A stretch of DNA of 64,000 bases from the human T2T-CHM13v2.0 reference genome, Homo sapiens (GCF_009914755.1 NC_060928.1), one strand, 5' to 3'; shown: positions 1 to 15,289, counted from the stretch's first letter. Numbers and translations: made by a program. Notes: generated from the sequence alone by a model not told the origin.

Positions 1-1716
1 TGAAAACCACAAATCCTCAACTAATTCCCGACACAGCAGATTATTGGGAAACTTCATCTGTTGTACCAAAGCAAAATTGTATCACTTGGAAAATTGAAAC
101 ATTCAGACCGCTTTTGCCACCTCTCTTAACTGAAAGATTTTCTGTTCTTATCTGTTTGTTATTTTACACATGGTTATTCTAATGGTATTATTTTTTAATC
201 CAGAATAAACATGTAGGGACAATGTATTATCCATAAATTCAAAATAACCATGACAAGCTCTTTATTAAGGAAAAATAAAAACTTCAAAGGATGACTAAGG
301 ATAATACATCTAGAGTATGTTCCATTTAAATGGATTTTAAAAACTAACAATAAAAATGAGTTTTAAAACATATTTTATCTGCATTTTTTCTTTTACACCA
401 CATTTTCATTTCCATTTACAGTGGAATAATTATTTTACAGAACTCGAGTTGTCTTTCCAGCTGAGGAAAGAACCACAGACCCCTTACATAGTAGAGCAAG
501 CAGCATTAGCAGTAGCATTCTCTGGTGATGCATGTAGGAAGATAATGGTTAAATGATTCATTGCAATATATGAATAGTTTGGATTTATTTTACCCCAAAA
601 AGACATTTCTCCAACACCTTCATATATTATCTCATTGGGATCAATAGTGAATTCTTGATTTTCAGTGATCATTGCTGAAAAATGTATATCTCATCTAATT
701 CTGTGTTGAGTCAGCTAAAGATATGTTTAGGATGTTTGGAAACCATATAGTATTCTGGGAAGTGTGATTTTGTTTTCCTTCATAAACCAGAAGATAAAAG
801 TCTGAAAATAAGAGATAAAAAATAAACTCTAAAACAGCATAAGTGTACACACCTGTAATACTGTAATCTCTAATCCATAAACTCTTCAGCTCCTGCTGAG
901 ACTGTCAGGAAGGGTTTGTTTTGATCTGAACAGAGTGAAGAACATTCGGCTGAACAAGCTCTATTCACTCAAAAACATTCTTTAACAAAACATTCTCTAC
1001 GTGCCTAACTTATCAATGATGTATGTTGTTATAATAACGATGTATAAATTATGTCTTTTATTCATCACATTTCTCAGTGTCACATTAACTCTGTCATTAC
1101 TGTCAATCTTACATTAGTCTCATGCAGTTCTTTACTAAGTAATTTAAAATTCAAATATAATGAAATCTCCCTTGATACGTATTCCAATAAGTAGGGAAAG
1201 CAAAATGAGCCCTCTGGGATAATAAAAGTGTTTCAATATGGTTAATCTCAGATTTAATAATCCTAGGCTATGTTACCATTTTATTTAAATAAAATTTTAT
1301 CAGGTACCTATTTCTAATAACTAAAGTAAACTGATATAAAAATTAATGTGTAGGTTAAACAAAGTGCCAGTAAGTAAAGGAAAATATAAAGCTCCCTGAG
1401 ATCAGAGACCAGAGCTTCACACGTCTGAGATTCTCCCTTAATTCATCTAATGATGTTACCGGCAGAGTGGAAGACTCAAAAGTTGACAGTTTTCTGACAG
1501 GCAAGGATACATTATTCTATGTTCTTTACAAAAAGTCATTTCCTCAACTCTTTGAATATTTTCTGTGAGATTTGTTTAATGCTTTTAAAAGAAAATTTTA
1601 CATATTTGAGAATGTATTCAGTTTTTTTTCTGTGAAGTTATGCTTAGCGGTCAGAATTTTATACATTCTTTTGAATTTATGATTTTTAAATCTTTTTAGT
1701 TGTTCTTTTAATTTAA

Positions 1717-1947
1717 TTTTTTTTTGAGATGGAGTCTTGCTGTGTTGCCCAGGCTGCAGTCAGTGGCACGATCTCAGCTCACTGCAACCTCAGCCTCCTG
1801 GGTTCAAGTGATTCTCCTGCCTCAGCCTCCTGAGTAGCTGGGACTATAGGGATGTACCACCACACCTGGCTAATTTTTTGTATTTTTAGTAGAGATATTG
1901 GCCAGACTGGTCTCAAACTCCTGACCTCGTGATCTGCCTGCCTCAGC
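1717..1947 (-). mobile_element. AluS, 5'-truncated, with a small internal deletion
   Basis: Poly-T, then gagatggagtcttgc...ctcctgacctcgtgatc; the ggggtttcacc segment is missing near 1895. Confidence 0.9.
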
Positions 1948-3104
1948 ATTTTTCAAACTGGTGTTTCCCATTTAAATTAAAAGTCTCAGGAGTGCTCACT
2001 ACACTACTGCTTATCAATTTCATATCCTGCACTATACAAATGTAAGGAATTAATATATCTATGACAACAGAATACTGCAAGTATTAAAAGGATAACAAAG
2101 GTCTTCCTCCCTATGTCTCATTAGGTTTCTAAGCACTATTTTTTAAAGAGAAGTAGTATGTTATGAAAACTACTCACACAAAAAAATCTGCAAAACAACA
2201 ATGAAAAGATACAGACTTTCTATAGTTATTTACAAAGTTTCAGGTAGAAATTGAAACTAACATTTGGGTTTATATTTCCTATTGTTTTTTAAATTACCTT
2301 TTTGCTTGAGAGCTGCTGTGCTAAACAAAACAGACTGTTGATGTGAATCTATAGAGCTTTAATTTATAACTAATAATTTAATATTATGGCAGTTATATTT
2401 GTCAAAGATAGTGATAAAGACAGAGAGGTCTTTAGCTCAGTTACATGAATAGAAGACTATCCGGCTTTTTAAAAATCTGAAACTGATGTTCGTCTTGCTT
2501 TGAGATCTCATAGACCAAATTCAATTTCTGCAATTGAAAATTGAGAAATATCAGGAAAATTTAGATGAATTATTCTGGTGGTAGTCATTGCTCTTCATCT
2601 CAATTTTAGATATTTGAATAGTTCCTATTATTGACAGAAAACCATCAGAGCGAAGGGTTTAAATCACCATTAGGGAGACATTTCTTGGTGGACAGCTAAT
2701 CCCCAAAATGATCAAAGTAAAAAGATAGATATTATCAAAAGTTATTTGGTGTTAGAACTTGAAGGGTGTAGAGTAGTCTAAAAACAACATATTTAAATAC
2801 ACACAAAATAACTCTTTTGTGTATTGTAAAATTTGCCATTTACGTTGTCCTGTGTGCCAGAAATTTTAAAAGTTAAATAAACACAAAATCGTATTTGATT
2901 CATATTTACATAAACTGGAGTACGAGTAAAAGCAATCAAGTGAAGGGAAGATACTCAGACATTGCTTTCCTCAATACATTCTTGATGGTATACTCTGTTT
3001 TGGAAATCTAACTGCATTTTAAATTCTAAGAATGAATGTGTGTATACAAAGAAGTGTATACATACAATGGCAAAAAAAAGCCTTACCATATCCATATTTT
3101 TAAA

Positions 3105-3407
3105 ATTTATTTATTTATTTTGAGACAGGGCTGAGCCAGTTGCCCAGACTGGAGTGCAGTGGTACAATCTTGGCTCACTTCAGCCTCAACCTCCCAGACT
3201 CAGGTAACTCTCCCACCTCAGCCTCCTGAGTAGCTGAGACTACAGACATGGGCCACCATGCCCAGCTAATTTTTTGTGTTATTTTAGTAGAGACAGGGTT
3301 TCATCATGTTGCCCATCAAGGTCTGGAAGTCCTGTATTCAAGCAGTCCACCTGCCTCAGCCTCCCAAAGTGCTGGGATTATAGGCGAGAGCCACTGTGCG
3401 CAGACCC
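3105..3407 (-). mobile_element. AluJ-like, full length
   Basis: (TTTA)n tail, gagacaggg...cagcctcaacctccc...cccaaagtgctgggatta; heavily diverged. Confidence 0.88.
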
Positions 3408-5036
3408 TGCATAGTGATTTCATTTTTCTTTGCTTCTTTCCTTGTTTTAGGGTTTGAGTGTGTGGTTTGGGAGATAGTATTGTGTGTGTATGTTTTTTCC
3501 TTTGGCAGAAATCCTTAGATTTGGGTTGGTTAGATAGACAACTGGCAAAACTGTGTTAGAGGAATGACATGAAGAGTTACTGAAAGGAATTAAAAATAAT
3601 GTGATCGATGTAGACTTAACTGACAGCAGACTTAACTAGATCTTATTTTTCTTTACTTTAATCAACAAATCATCAATTATTTGTTAAAAAAAATAAAAAG
3701 AAGGAAAACACATTGCATACCAGGTCTTGAGCCAGACACTACTGAAGCAATTCGCAGTACTATTGAATTCCTCCCTACACAGAGATTACTATCTGATTTG
3801 GGAGAGAGAAAAACAAATACAACACAATTTGAAATTGTCCTAGGGAGCAGCTTCCTGTGTCATTACAATTCATAGAAAAATCAGTTAACTCAAACCTGGG
3901 AGGTCAGTGAAGCCCTTCTCAAAGTGTGGACATTTCAAGTGACATGAGTAGCAGTTGCATAGGAAAAGCTGCTAGTAGACAGAAAGCAAATTGCAGTGTG
4001 TGTGGAGTTTAGAATAAACTGTTACATAACATCATTCTCTAAAAGGTGATATAAACTAGAGTCTTCTTCAGTGAACTACTGTAAGTTTCAGAAGCTAGAT
4101 GACCAGCACTCTCCACACAAATTCATATTCATGAGGAGTCGATGGAAAGAGCTCTACATTAGAAGAAATGTACTTGATTTCAATAAATAAAAGGCATTAG
4201 ATAAACATCTGCCATATTTCTTCAATCATATTTGGATACAAAAGGAGTCAGTACTTTCAAAGTGTTGAATAGACTACAGAGTAGACAACAGCAACGGATT
4301 TCATTTCCATATCATCATTACCTTTATCTGTATTAGAAAGTCAACATTAATAATTCATTTATCAGAAAGCTTAGTATACTCTGAAAGGTCCACCAGGTTT
4401 GTAATATATTCTAGTGTTGTATTCCTAATACAGAAAAACATATAGCACACTCCTCATTTTAGAAAATGCACATGCTAAATATGATATTGAAATACATCAC
4501 AAATATTTCTATAGCAATTCAGGAATCCCTGCAATGTCAACACAATTCTGACATAAGCGATATTCTACAAAATGATTGTAAACCTTGATTATAAACTTTA
4601 CTGTTTAAACATATTTTTCAAGCTTGGTCAACTTAAGCTTTAAAATAGCTACATTTATGACTGTTAACATTTTATTGCTTTGGTAGTTCACAAGAAATGC
4701 AATATTTAATGGTTCTGAAGAATGTCTGTGTAACAAATTCTCAAATCTCAAATCACATAACAGCATTAGAAGGGAAGACCAATAGTATTTTAAACTAAAT
4801 TAATGTTACATGTTTTCAAGGGTATCAGCCAGTTATTTAAGCACAAATAAATTAAATTAAACATTGAGACCTCTGCTCAGAAAAGAACAAAAAATAACAA
4901 TAGCAGACACAATGACAAAAAAGTGTTGCTATATCCACTACTGTTAAGTTTGTTTCATCATAATTCAGTCATATCTCTAGGAACACTTAGAAAGCAAAAT
5001 AATTCTCTATTGTTTCTGAATCTCTGTTTTGTATTA

Positions 5037-5048
5037 TCTCTATCTATC

Positions 5049-5081
<33 letters not shown>

Positions 5082-5137
5082 CCTATCATCTATAATCTAT
5101 CAGTCTATCTGTCTGTTTTTCTATCTACTTCTATCAT
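5037..5137 (+). repeat. (TCTA)n tetranucleotide STR
   Basis: 8 perfect TCTA units at 5050-5081 with degenerate flanks. Confidence 0.95.
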
Positions 5138-5648
5138 CTCTCATATTTATACCACTGAGTCTCTATACTTTCTAAATTTTCAATGTTTCTCAGACATTTT
5201 ATCTTTTGCTACAATATCCTTAATGGTACCTTTAGCATCTTTTAATTTTTCTTAAATTCATCTCTCTTCATATTTTTTAGGATTTAGTCCCGTGATTTTT
5301 CTACCTAAAATATGTAAGTATAATTCATAGATAAGCAATACCTTTTGTTGATCAAATATTTTCTCTTATTCAACTGCCAGTCTTACAATTTAATTCATTT
5401 TCTCCTTAAGACTAGTCTTCTTAAGTCTGAGGAACTACAGTTAATCTTCCATAGGAAAATGCTCAAACCTAATATAATTCATTCATTTTACAAGTAAGGA
5501 CACTGAAGTCTAAAAAGAATAACACCTTGCCAAGAAAATCAGGATTCATCTAGTCCCCATGTGCAATATCATTCAAGTTTATTTTCTCTTTATCCTTTTT
5601 TCTCCCATTAATGCATTGATTTCACCAAAGTCCAACTGGAAGTTGTCA

Positions 5649-5769
5649 GTGCTGTTCTCATGTTAGTGAGTGAGTTCTCATGAGATCTGATGGTTTTATA
5701 AAGGCCTCTTCCCTTTATAAAACCAGTCTTGGGTATGTTTTTATAGCAGTGTGAAAAGAGACTAATACA
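5649..5769 (+). mobile_element. MST/THE1-type MaLR LTR remnant, internally deleted
   Basis: gctgttctcatg...gagttctcatgagatctgatggttttata...ccagtcttgggtatg...agcagtgtgaaaagagactaataca, ending in the MaLR 3' terminus. Confidence 0.8.
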
Positions 5770-6157
5770 TTTCCCAAACCCATTTCTTTTCCTCCTGTGC
5801 ACAAAACTAGACTGCATTTCCCAGCCTCCCTTGAAGTTAGGTGTAGCCATGTGACTGAGTTTTGGCTGGTGAAAATTGATAGAGTAATGTGTGCCACTTC
5901 CAGCTTGGTTCATAAAAGCCTTGTAGGAGTGATCTTCATTTCCCTTGCCCATTCACTTGGTGAATGGAGAAGACCCATAGTTCTTGATATAAAGTAGAGG
6001 CCCAAGACCAAGGAAGCCTGGGTTTCTGACTACAACATAGAGCCCACCCAAACCTGGAAAACACATGCTGGACTGCAAGAAACAGCATTTTAGATGTGTT
6101 ACATCACGACTGAGTTAGGAATTGTTTGTTACAGCAAGTAGCATACTTGACTAATAA
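5770..6157 (+). mobile_element. Old MaLR LTR (MLT1J-like)
   Basis: gcatttcccagcctcccttgaagttaggtgtagccatgtgactgag... and end ttgttacagca...tgactaata. Confidence 0.65.
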
Positions 6158-7008
6158 ACTTGCATTGGTATTATACATATATTATTTTGCAATTGTACCC
6201 TTGGTATTTTCAGGAGAGGGTTTTATCAGAAATTTCACTGACATTTTCATTAATGCAAATGCTGTCTTTATTCAAACATAATGAATATTCTAGTGGTAAT
6301 GGGTGATAAGAACTTGAAATTATATTTAATATATATTAGATTTCAGTAATCAACTTTTATACTTTAGGAAGTCATGATTTGATTCTGTCTCTTCCTCATT
6401 TAATTACTTTAACCAAATAATAATACCCAAAATATCATGACAGTGATGATTAATTTCAATTATTAAATTTAAAATAAATATTAATTTTAAAACTCTGATT
6501 CATATTTTCTTTATTAAAGAATTAACTCAGGATTTCTTTGTGAGTCATCTATCTATACAACATATATTTTTATTTTTTAAGCATTTCACAAAACATGGCA
6601 GGAGGATGGACATTCTTGTGTTGTAAATTATTACTTGGATTTCTGATATTAGGTGTGTTAGGAATTAAGAATTCATTTATTGACATACATACAAAATATA
6701 TAAGTTACTTTGCGTGTATAACTGAGAAAAATGAATTATTTTTAAAATGTATCCTTTTTTCTTCCACAATTAGAATAGCAGTCTAAATATCCTAGAGTCA
6801 ACCAAGCTTTGAGTAGCAATTTACGATCATCCACAAAATAGAGAAAGCCTGAAAATTCTGCTTTAAACAATATTTAGTTTTGTTTAATGATAGAAGATCC
6901 TATTTTATTATAATACTATGGAATACTTGGATATGGTTTGATTGGCGAGAAGTGCAGGGTAATGGTAATCCATGTTTATCCTTGAACAGCTTGTAAATGC
7001 ATAAAATA

Positions 7009-7313
<305 letters not shown>

Positions 7314-8057
7314 TTATTATAACTTTATTGGAAATGTAAGTAAATTTACTTGAATGTAAATAAACTGCCTCCTCTCCAGTTTCTGATGTGCATGACTGTA
7401 ATCCAGCTAATTGAAACATGATAGAAACTTGTGAATTAAATGGCCAAAGAATACAGGCCATCTTTATCCACCTATTTACAAAAATTTTTCTCTAATAAAC
7501 ATTCTATGTTTTATACTGCTTTTCTCCTAAAACCGTATGGTTTATTTACAGGAATACAAAAGTTGAGTTATTTCCATTTTAACTAATGTTATAATATTTT
7601 GTAATATGGTATCATAATTTTGAAAAACATTAGAAGATTAGAAAAATCAGTGCCAATAATGCAGACATTGGGAGGAGATTCCATCTGTCTGATATGGTTC
7701 TGAATCATGTAAGATTTACAAAATTAGTACATCTTTATTTTTATTCCTCTTTTCTATCTGTGTCAGTGAATGTAAATGAGTCAGTCTATATAGCATCTTT
7801 AAAATCAGTTTCAATAAACTGCAATAGGGATAAAAGAAAGGAAGTTCATATGCCACAATTTGCTTGGTTGGCACCTAATGGGTACACATGATTAAACGTT
7901 GGGTTGATGGTACATTGAATTTTAGATGCAGGATGATGTCAAATTATCCATGTTAAATTAGCACAAATTCAAATTTGGATGGACGATAGTGCAAGTCCCT
8001 TTTTCCTCTATTAATTATAGTGTAAAACAAAACAACTTAAAAATAATGTATCTGTTC

Positions 8058-8367
<310 letters not shown>

Positions 8368-11300
8368 TTATCTCTAGTGTTATTTTGTGTAAAATGAGGA
8401 AAAATATGTGGAAATACTTTGGAATCAGTAAAAATATTCATAAAATTCAGTTAATGAAAACCATAAGAAAATCAGTTATAAAAAAGTGTTACTATTCACC
8501 TTCTGTGTCCATTTATCTCTTTCTCCCCATGTGCCTCTTTTGATTGAACGTTAAAATTACATACTGTCTCTAACTCAAAGGCAACTAGTTTTAAATAAAG
8601 GCACTGATATTACTGAGTTCATAAAAAAAAATTAGCTGGTTCTGCCTGATTTCTTTTCCCTAGAACCCTATGTTCTTGTCAGTCAAAAATTCTATAGTTC
8701 TCGAATTCTTTTAATCAGTTTGACTTTTTATATTCATTAACTATTGTCACATTATTATTTGTATTTCCAGTTGTCAACTATGTATCTTGCTGCTTCTGAA
8801 GTATTTTTTTTCTTATGTTTTCCTATTTTGATCCTTATTTGTCACATTTTGTTAAAAATCTCCTGTTTTAACTCATTCACTGTTTCTTCATGTCATTTCT
8901 GAGGAAATTTGCTCCTTATTTCAGAATTTTATTTCCTTACTTTTGCTATTGTTCTTTTTCATACCCACAATAGGATCAAAAGAAAGCTCTGTCCTTTGTT
9001 CTCCTTTAAGACAAATGTTACTCTATTTGCAGGAATATTTGGACAATCAGAAAGACAACTTAGTTGGTAAAAAACATAGTCTGGTAGAATAAACAAAGAC
9101 AGTTTACCCATCTGGTTTCAAATATATATTTCACTAGTTACTAGCTGATGTTATCTAATTTAAATAAAATCACGTCTCATAAGATATTAATACCTAGTCT
9201 ATTACAATGTTTTGAATTTCTGGCTAAATCACATTTACTAATGTAAAGTTAGGAATCAGTAAGTGACAAATGTAATATTATTGAGGAAAATTTTGAAATA
9301 AATATTTCATCTTTATGCCAGTTATAACTATGATTGAATTAGCAGTGGATTAAGATTGCATAGTACACTCATGTCACATAATTTATCCAGCTTGGAATCT
9401 CATTATGTCCAAATTTTAAAGCAAAACTTTAGGTAATGTTAGAGAAAAGCAAATGAGATGCCCTGGACTATTACAGATCTTATAATGCTCATCAAGAAGA
9501 AAACAGAGATGTGACTCTTCTATTGTTCTGTGGACATCCTACTCATTTTCTTCACAACTATTGAGGCTTATATTAGTCTTTCTCTTCAAAATAAGTTTTT
9601 GCCATCATGGAAGTCCATATGAATGACTAGCTTTGACAGTTTTGCTTCAATTTTTTTTTTACTTTCGTATATATGGGGAGTTTTATTTCCAATTAATATT
9701 AGCTATTCATGTTTATGCATGCATCTAGAATTATGTTTTCCTGATGTACTTATTTCAAACATCTTATAATCCAGTATTCTCTGATATAAATCATTGTGAT
9801 CTCATTTCAATAATATCATTCTTTGAACAACTATCAGCTTCAACCTCCATACGACAATAAATAACTTGCTTTTTTCTACTAACTTTTCAACTTAGGCCTG
9901 CTTTCATTGGCTTCCCTTCTTAGTGACAGTCCCATATAATCTAAATGCTCATTTTGTTATTTAAGGTTAAATTGTTTTAGGGATTAAAATAATCTAAGAT
10001 GAAGTCATTTTTACCAAATACACTATATTTCTATTAGTTGTAGTTTCAATAAAACAGAGAAAAAGTTAGTTAATTTTATATTTTATAATTCTTCTCAGTT
10101 CACACTCACTACTATAGGAACACCATCAAAGTTCTTTGCAAAAGACATTTTGATCCCAACTTTCTCTAAATGTGTAAACCTTGTAGAAGTCTATAGGTTC
10201 AAATAAATGTTGACTGTATCTCTGTAAATATTCTTCACAGGTTTTCAAACTTGAAGAATCAACTCCCAAACTAACTCAAAGTATTCCATAAAAATTCAGT
10301 AATTTCCACATCACAGTTTAATCTGATTTATTAACTTTTACAAATGTAAAATATCATTAATTTTATATACAGGAAATTAAAATGCCTCTGAATATCATTA
10401 TTTTAATTAGTAGTTTAAAAATATAGCAAGTGAATGTTCTTCAGGTTCTATTTTGAAAGAAATGTCAGAAATTGAATATTTTACACGTTAGTCAATGCTT
10501 TCCTTAACTTTTAATTACAACTATTATTCAAATAGTTACACGCACATTTCAAAAATATTTGCCATAATGTTGTATTTTCTTAGTTTGTATGTTCATATCT
10601 TTTTCTTGCAATAAAGGAAAAATGCTACTTTTAGAAAGATACAAGTGAGTGTTTTCCCACCAGAGCTAAAATTTCTGTTTTAACACTTAGTCATACAGTA
10701 AAAAAGATGGATGCATTTCCTGTGCAGCCATTTACCATCTGGTTAAGCAAATATACTTAAAGATACTTCTGCTTTTGTGATCAAGTGACAACAGATCTAA
10801 GAGCAGACAGAGCTTGGACTCTAAAATGATGATTGTACAGCTGTAGTTGGCATCATTAGGGACCAATAAAAACTTTATGTTCCATTTGGATGGCAAGGAC
10901 CTTTATCAAAGAGAAGCTCAAATGGCTAAATAACAAAGAAATGATCCATTTAGCAGTTGTTTTAAATTTAAGACAGATAATGGAACTTCAAAGTCATAAT
11001 TAGCTTTTAACACTAGAAAGATTGTTTTCAAGTTCTATATTCCATTCTAATATTTTAAACTTGTCATCTTACCATAATTTTTTGATTGTGGTTTTGCTTC
11101 ATTTTTCTAATGTTCTCATCAATATAAACTAAAGCCATCACATTATCCTTAACAGCTAAACCACTGGCATTATCAGAATGCTTCATACTATTTCCAATCA
11201 AACAGAACAATAGAAAAAAGTCACTAAATGTCATTTGCCTAGGAAAAATGAGCAGACATACTCTTTTGTTTTCTCATCAGGTAATTCAAAATGGTTTTTG

Positions 11301-11774
11301 AACATTGGATATTTATTGCAGTCTCTGTTAACAGGGCAATTCCTAAATGGCTATATAAGGTCTATTAAAACAGAACAAATGAGCATAGCACATTGCTGAC
11401 TGATTTGCAGTATCAGCAGTAATCCCTTAAAAATCACCCTTAAGAATTTTCAGTTCTCTAAATTGACATCAGCAGTTTTTATTAACTGACTTTTTCTTTT
11501 CTTTCCCTAAAGATTCAATATCCTGGTGCCTAAATATTTTCATTGCATTTCAGACTGGCAGCTAAAACCAAATTTTTACTCCTGCAAACTTTATTGTAAG
11601 GATTTCCGAAGGAATGCCTGAAGACCTGGAATTTTGCCCATTGTAGAAACATAGGTATGGTTTTTATCCAATTTATATAGGTTGTTTTACAAAATGATCA
11701 AAGTTGGGGGCTGGTATACAGTTCTCATTTTAGAATTTTAAATGTAATGAGTATTATCAATTTATCTAATTTAA

Positions 11775-11900
11775 CATTATGTCCATAGATGAGGAAATAT
11801 AAGTCTTAGATGAGTGTTTGGATGAGGTCATACAGTAAGAGGTGGAGCACAGGTTAATATCAGGCCTCTTTGACTCCAGAGTTTCATTTCCTTTCTATTA
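11775..11900 (-). mobile_element. MIR fragment
   Basis: Core atagatgaggaaa...aggtcatacag...tgactccagag. Confidence 0.6.
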
Positions 11901-12126
11901 CGTGATAATGGTATTAGTCCTGGCATGAAAAAAATCAAGGACAAAATTTGTAAATTCAATACTATGTAATTTTAGTTCATGCTCACATGACCTACAGAAT
12001 CACCACCAATGTCCATCTCTGTTTTGTATTTGAAAAGCTAAGAGCAAAACAAACAAAATCCTCTGTTGGTCATTTCTATGGGTTGACCTGTCAAAAAATA
12101 TACAGATGTTTCTTTCTCTATATATA

Positions 12127-12412
<286 letters not shown>

Positions 12413-12609
12413 CAGTCAAAATGTTTTTATGGAGACATATACACACGTTATGTTTGATGCATATTTATACCAGATCCCTTATTGTACATGAAGCTTCTAT
12501 AAGACAGGAAATTATTTTCTTCAAGAATGTGCACATTACTTAGTAAAGCTCTCTCAGCTATATCATACTTGTCAAAAGCAAATCAATGCTTTGAAAAATC
12601 AATCATTAT

Positions 12610-12862
12610 AATAGCTATCATACACATGCTACTTATTATGTCTCAGGTACTGTGCTTTGGGAGTTACATTCTTTAGAACATTCAATCAACACAACAGCCT
12701 TGTGAGGTAGCTATTATTGTTATCCATTTGCTAGATAAGAAAATTCAGAACTGAATGTTTGGATAACTTGCCCAAAGTCTCACAGCTAATAAGTAGCAGG
12801 AACACAATAAGCAGATTTAAACTTACTCTCGTGCCCCTTGTTTTAGCCACTTAACTACACTG
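12610..12862 (-). mobile_element. MIR
   Basis: caggtactgtgct...gtgaggtag...agataagaaaattcag...aacttgcccaaagtctcacagcta. Confidence 0.7.
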
Positions 12863-14575
12863 CTTTTAATTATTATATTTCCAAATAATATGAGAAATGC
12901 TCTTTCTACTGTATAAAGAAAAAATAATGTATGTTTACAGTTCTTTCTACCTTACAGAAAACATTAATTTAAAAATGCAAATGTCCTTTTTTTAAATCAA
13001 AACCACTTTTGAAATCATATTTAGGATTCACATTTAACTGATGTGCTCAATTACACTGCAAGACTTGCCTCGCTGTTAGTAAATAACAGGAACAGATATT
13101 GAGGCCAGTGTTCTGATTTGAAGCCCAGAACTATTTCAATAGGAGGAAAATGAAGCTGACTTTATACTCAGATTTTTTGGAGTTAGGTTCAGAATTTTTG
13201 GAATCATCTGCTATGATTCTATCCACAGCAGTTGTAGTTTTGATGCTATGAATGATATGTCATGGCAGAAATAGCATGGCAAGCAGTGGAAAATAAAATA
13301 ATAATGTCAATGATTATAATTTATTTCAGAGTGTACTTAATTCTGCCAACCACTGTGATAAAAAACATTTATACATGTGGCATCTCATCCTCACAAAAAA
13401 CCATTAGGATTGTTTTTTGCATATCACAACGTATTTTTGCATGTGTTAGTGAGTGATTAGAAGACCACTGGTTTCTAGGTGGCAGTGGTGGGATTCAAAA
13501 TCAGTATTCAGGATTCCAGAGCTTACACTTTCTGTTTCACCACAGACAAAAATATAGGGGGGTATATCTACTGCTTTACTTCTATATTATTTTCAATTAG
13601 AAATCTGATGATATTGGGCTTTACCAAAGTCACAGGACAAAAGAGTAAGTTTCCTCTTCCACCAATGTGATCATGGAAGCAGATGTTTGCTATATGGAAT
13701 CAGTATATGTCTAGGTAGTTAATCTATCAAATATCTGTTTAGCCTTCATACTTTTGATATATTGTCATTATTCCTGAATTCCATAATGTTTCTAAACTCT
13801 CAAAACGACTGCCAATAACTACATAAACCTTTATTGTATCTTCATTGTTTTGCTATCTGAAATATTTCATTATTTAATTAATGTTAAAAATGATAGATTG
13901 CATGTTAAATGAAACACACGAAATAGTTGTGCTACACATGAATATGGCTAAATGTTAGCAATTTCTTATGCTTTGAACTAATAGTCTTATTTCCAGAAAT
14001 TATCATGCTATCCTTGCTTATCAGGTCATACTTTCCTTAATTTACCTACATCAATGTATTAATACTTTAGATGAAAATTTTAACTTTAATGCTAGAAAGA
14101 TGCCCCCCTTCCACATACACACACACCCCTACATTAGATAGTATTAAAGTAGCTTAATGGAACTGAGGAAAGTTCATGTCTTCAGTTTTGTTTTTATATA
14201 CTATTCCTCCATAAATAACAATGATTATAATATATAAAATGCAGTATACATCTAAAAGTGCTACAGGTGTGGAAGCTGATAACATAAGAAATCTGTAATA
14301 TCTTAAACCTGTGAAGAACTATTATATTTTTCTAATAAGGTAATCGGACATTTACATAATTACATAGGAAAAAATTATTTTACAAATTCAAAAGATGGTG
14401 TTTCTATTCCCTTAAGACCTTATGGAAAATACATCATTTCATTTTGTACACTTATATCCTACATTTTTAATTCCCTTTTGAAAGCATAGATAAATAAATC
14501 TATCTTAGTGTAAAGTGCAGAGTTTTCTTTCCTTAGGTGACTAAAGATACCATTGGCATATATAATAAACAAATC

Positions 14576-14742
14576 TTTTGTTTGTTTGTTTGTTTTATGA
14601 GATGAAGTCTTGCTCTGTCACCTAGGCTGGAATGCAGTGGCACAATCTCGGCTCACTGCAACCTCCGCCTCCTGGGCGGAGAATCAAGTGATTCTCCTGT
14701 CTCAGCCTCCCAAGTAGTTGAGGTTATAGGTACCCGCCACAC
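14576..14742 (-). mobile_element. Alu right arm only
   Basis: (TTTG)n tail, gagatgaagtcttgctctgtc...ctcagcctcccaagtag...cccgccac, then stops. Confidence 0.88.
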
Positions 14743-15111
14743 AAAATAAAAAATATATAATAATATTAGATATCTTTAAAAAGAAGAACCCTAATATTCA
14801 AAATTAAACTAGATCATACTGTTCATGAAATAAAAAATATTATTGAGAAAATAAATTATGTATTTTATTCAATTTAATTTACATATTTATAATAGGTAAT
14901 TGGAGGAATACTAAGAGATTTATATATTCTAATGGTATGTATATTTTTGAAAGTAATTCATCACTATTTTTATACCTTTCTCTTAGGTCACTAAAATTCC
15001 TGAGTTCTCTGTGATATGATACCTACAACTTGTTATATTTCACAAAAGGGGAGTTTTTGCTTGATAAAATTTAATTCCTAGAATATGTTTATAGAAAAAT
15101 ATGAGCAGATC

Positions 15112-15250
15112 ACTCAGGAGACTGAGGCAGGAGAATTGCTTGAACCTGGGAGGCGGAGGTCGCGGTGAGCCAAGATCGTGCCATTGCACTCTAGCGTGGG
15201 CAGCAAGAGCGAAACTCCGTCTCAAAAAAAAAAAAAAAAAAGAAAAAAAA
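15112..15250 (+). mobile_element. 5'-truncated Alu right arm
   Basis: ctcaggagactgaggcaggagaattgcttgaacc...poly-A; TSD-like aaaaatat..gcagat on both sides. Confidence 0.9.
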
Positions 15251-15289
15251 TATATATATGCAGATAATTCAGAGAGTTTCATTTACACA

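Noticed and set aside
4060-4260. Possible L3/CR1 RT remnant (YLDF..KA.D-like)
   Set aside because: Resemblance too weak and frameshifted to support by eye; needs an HMM search.
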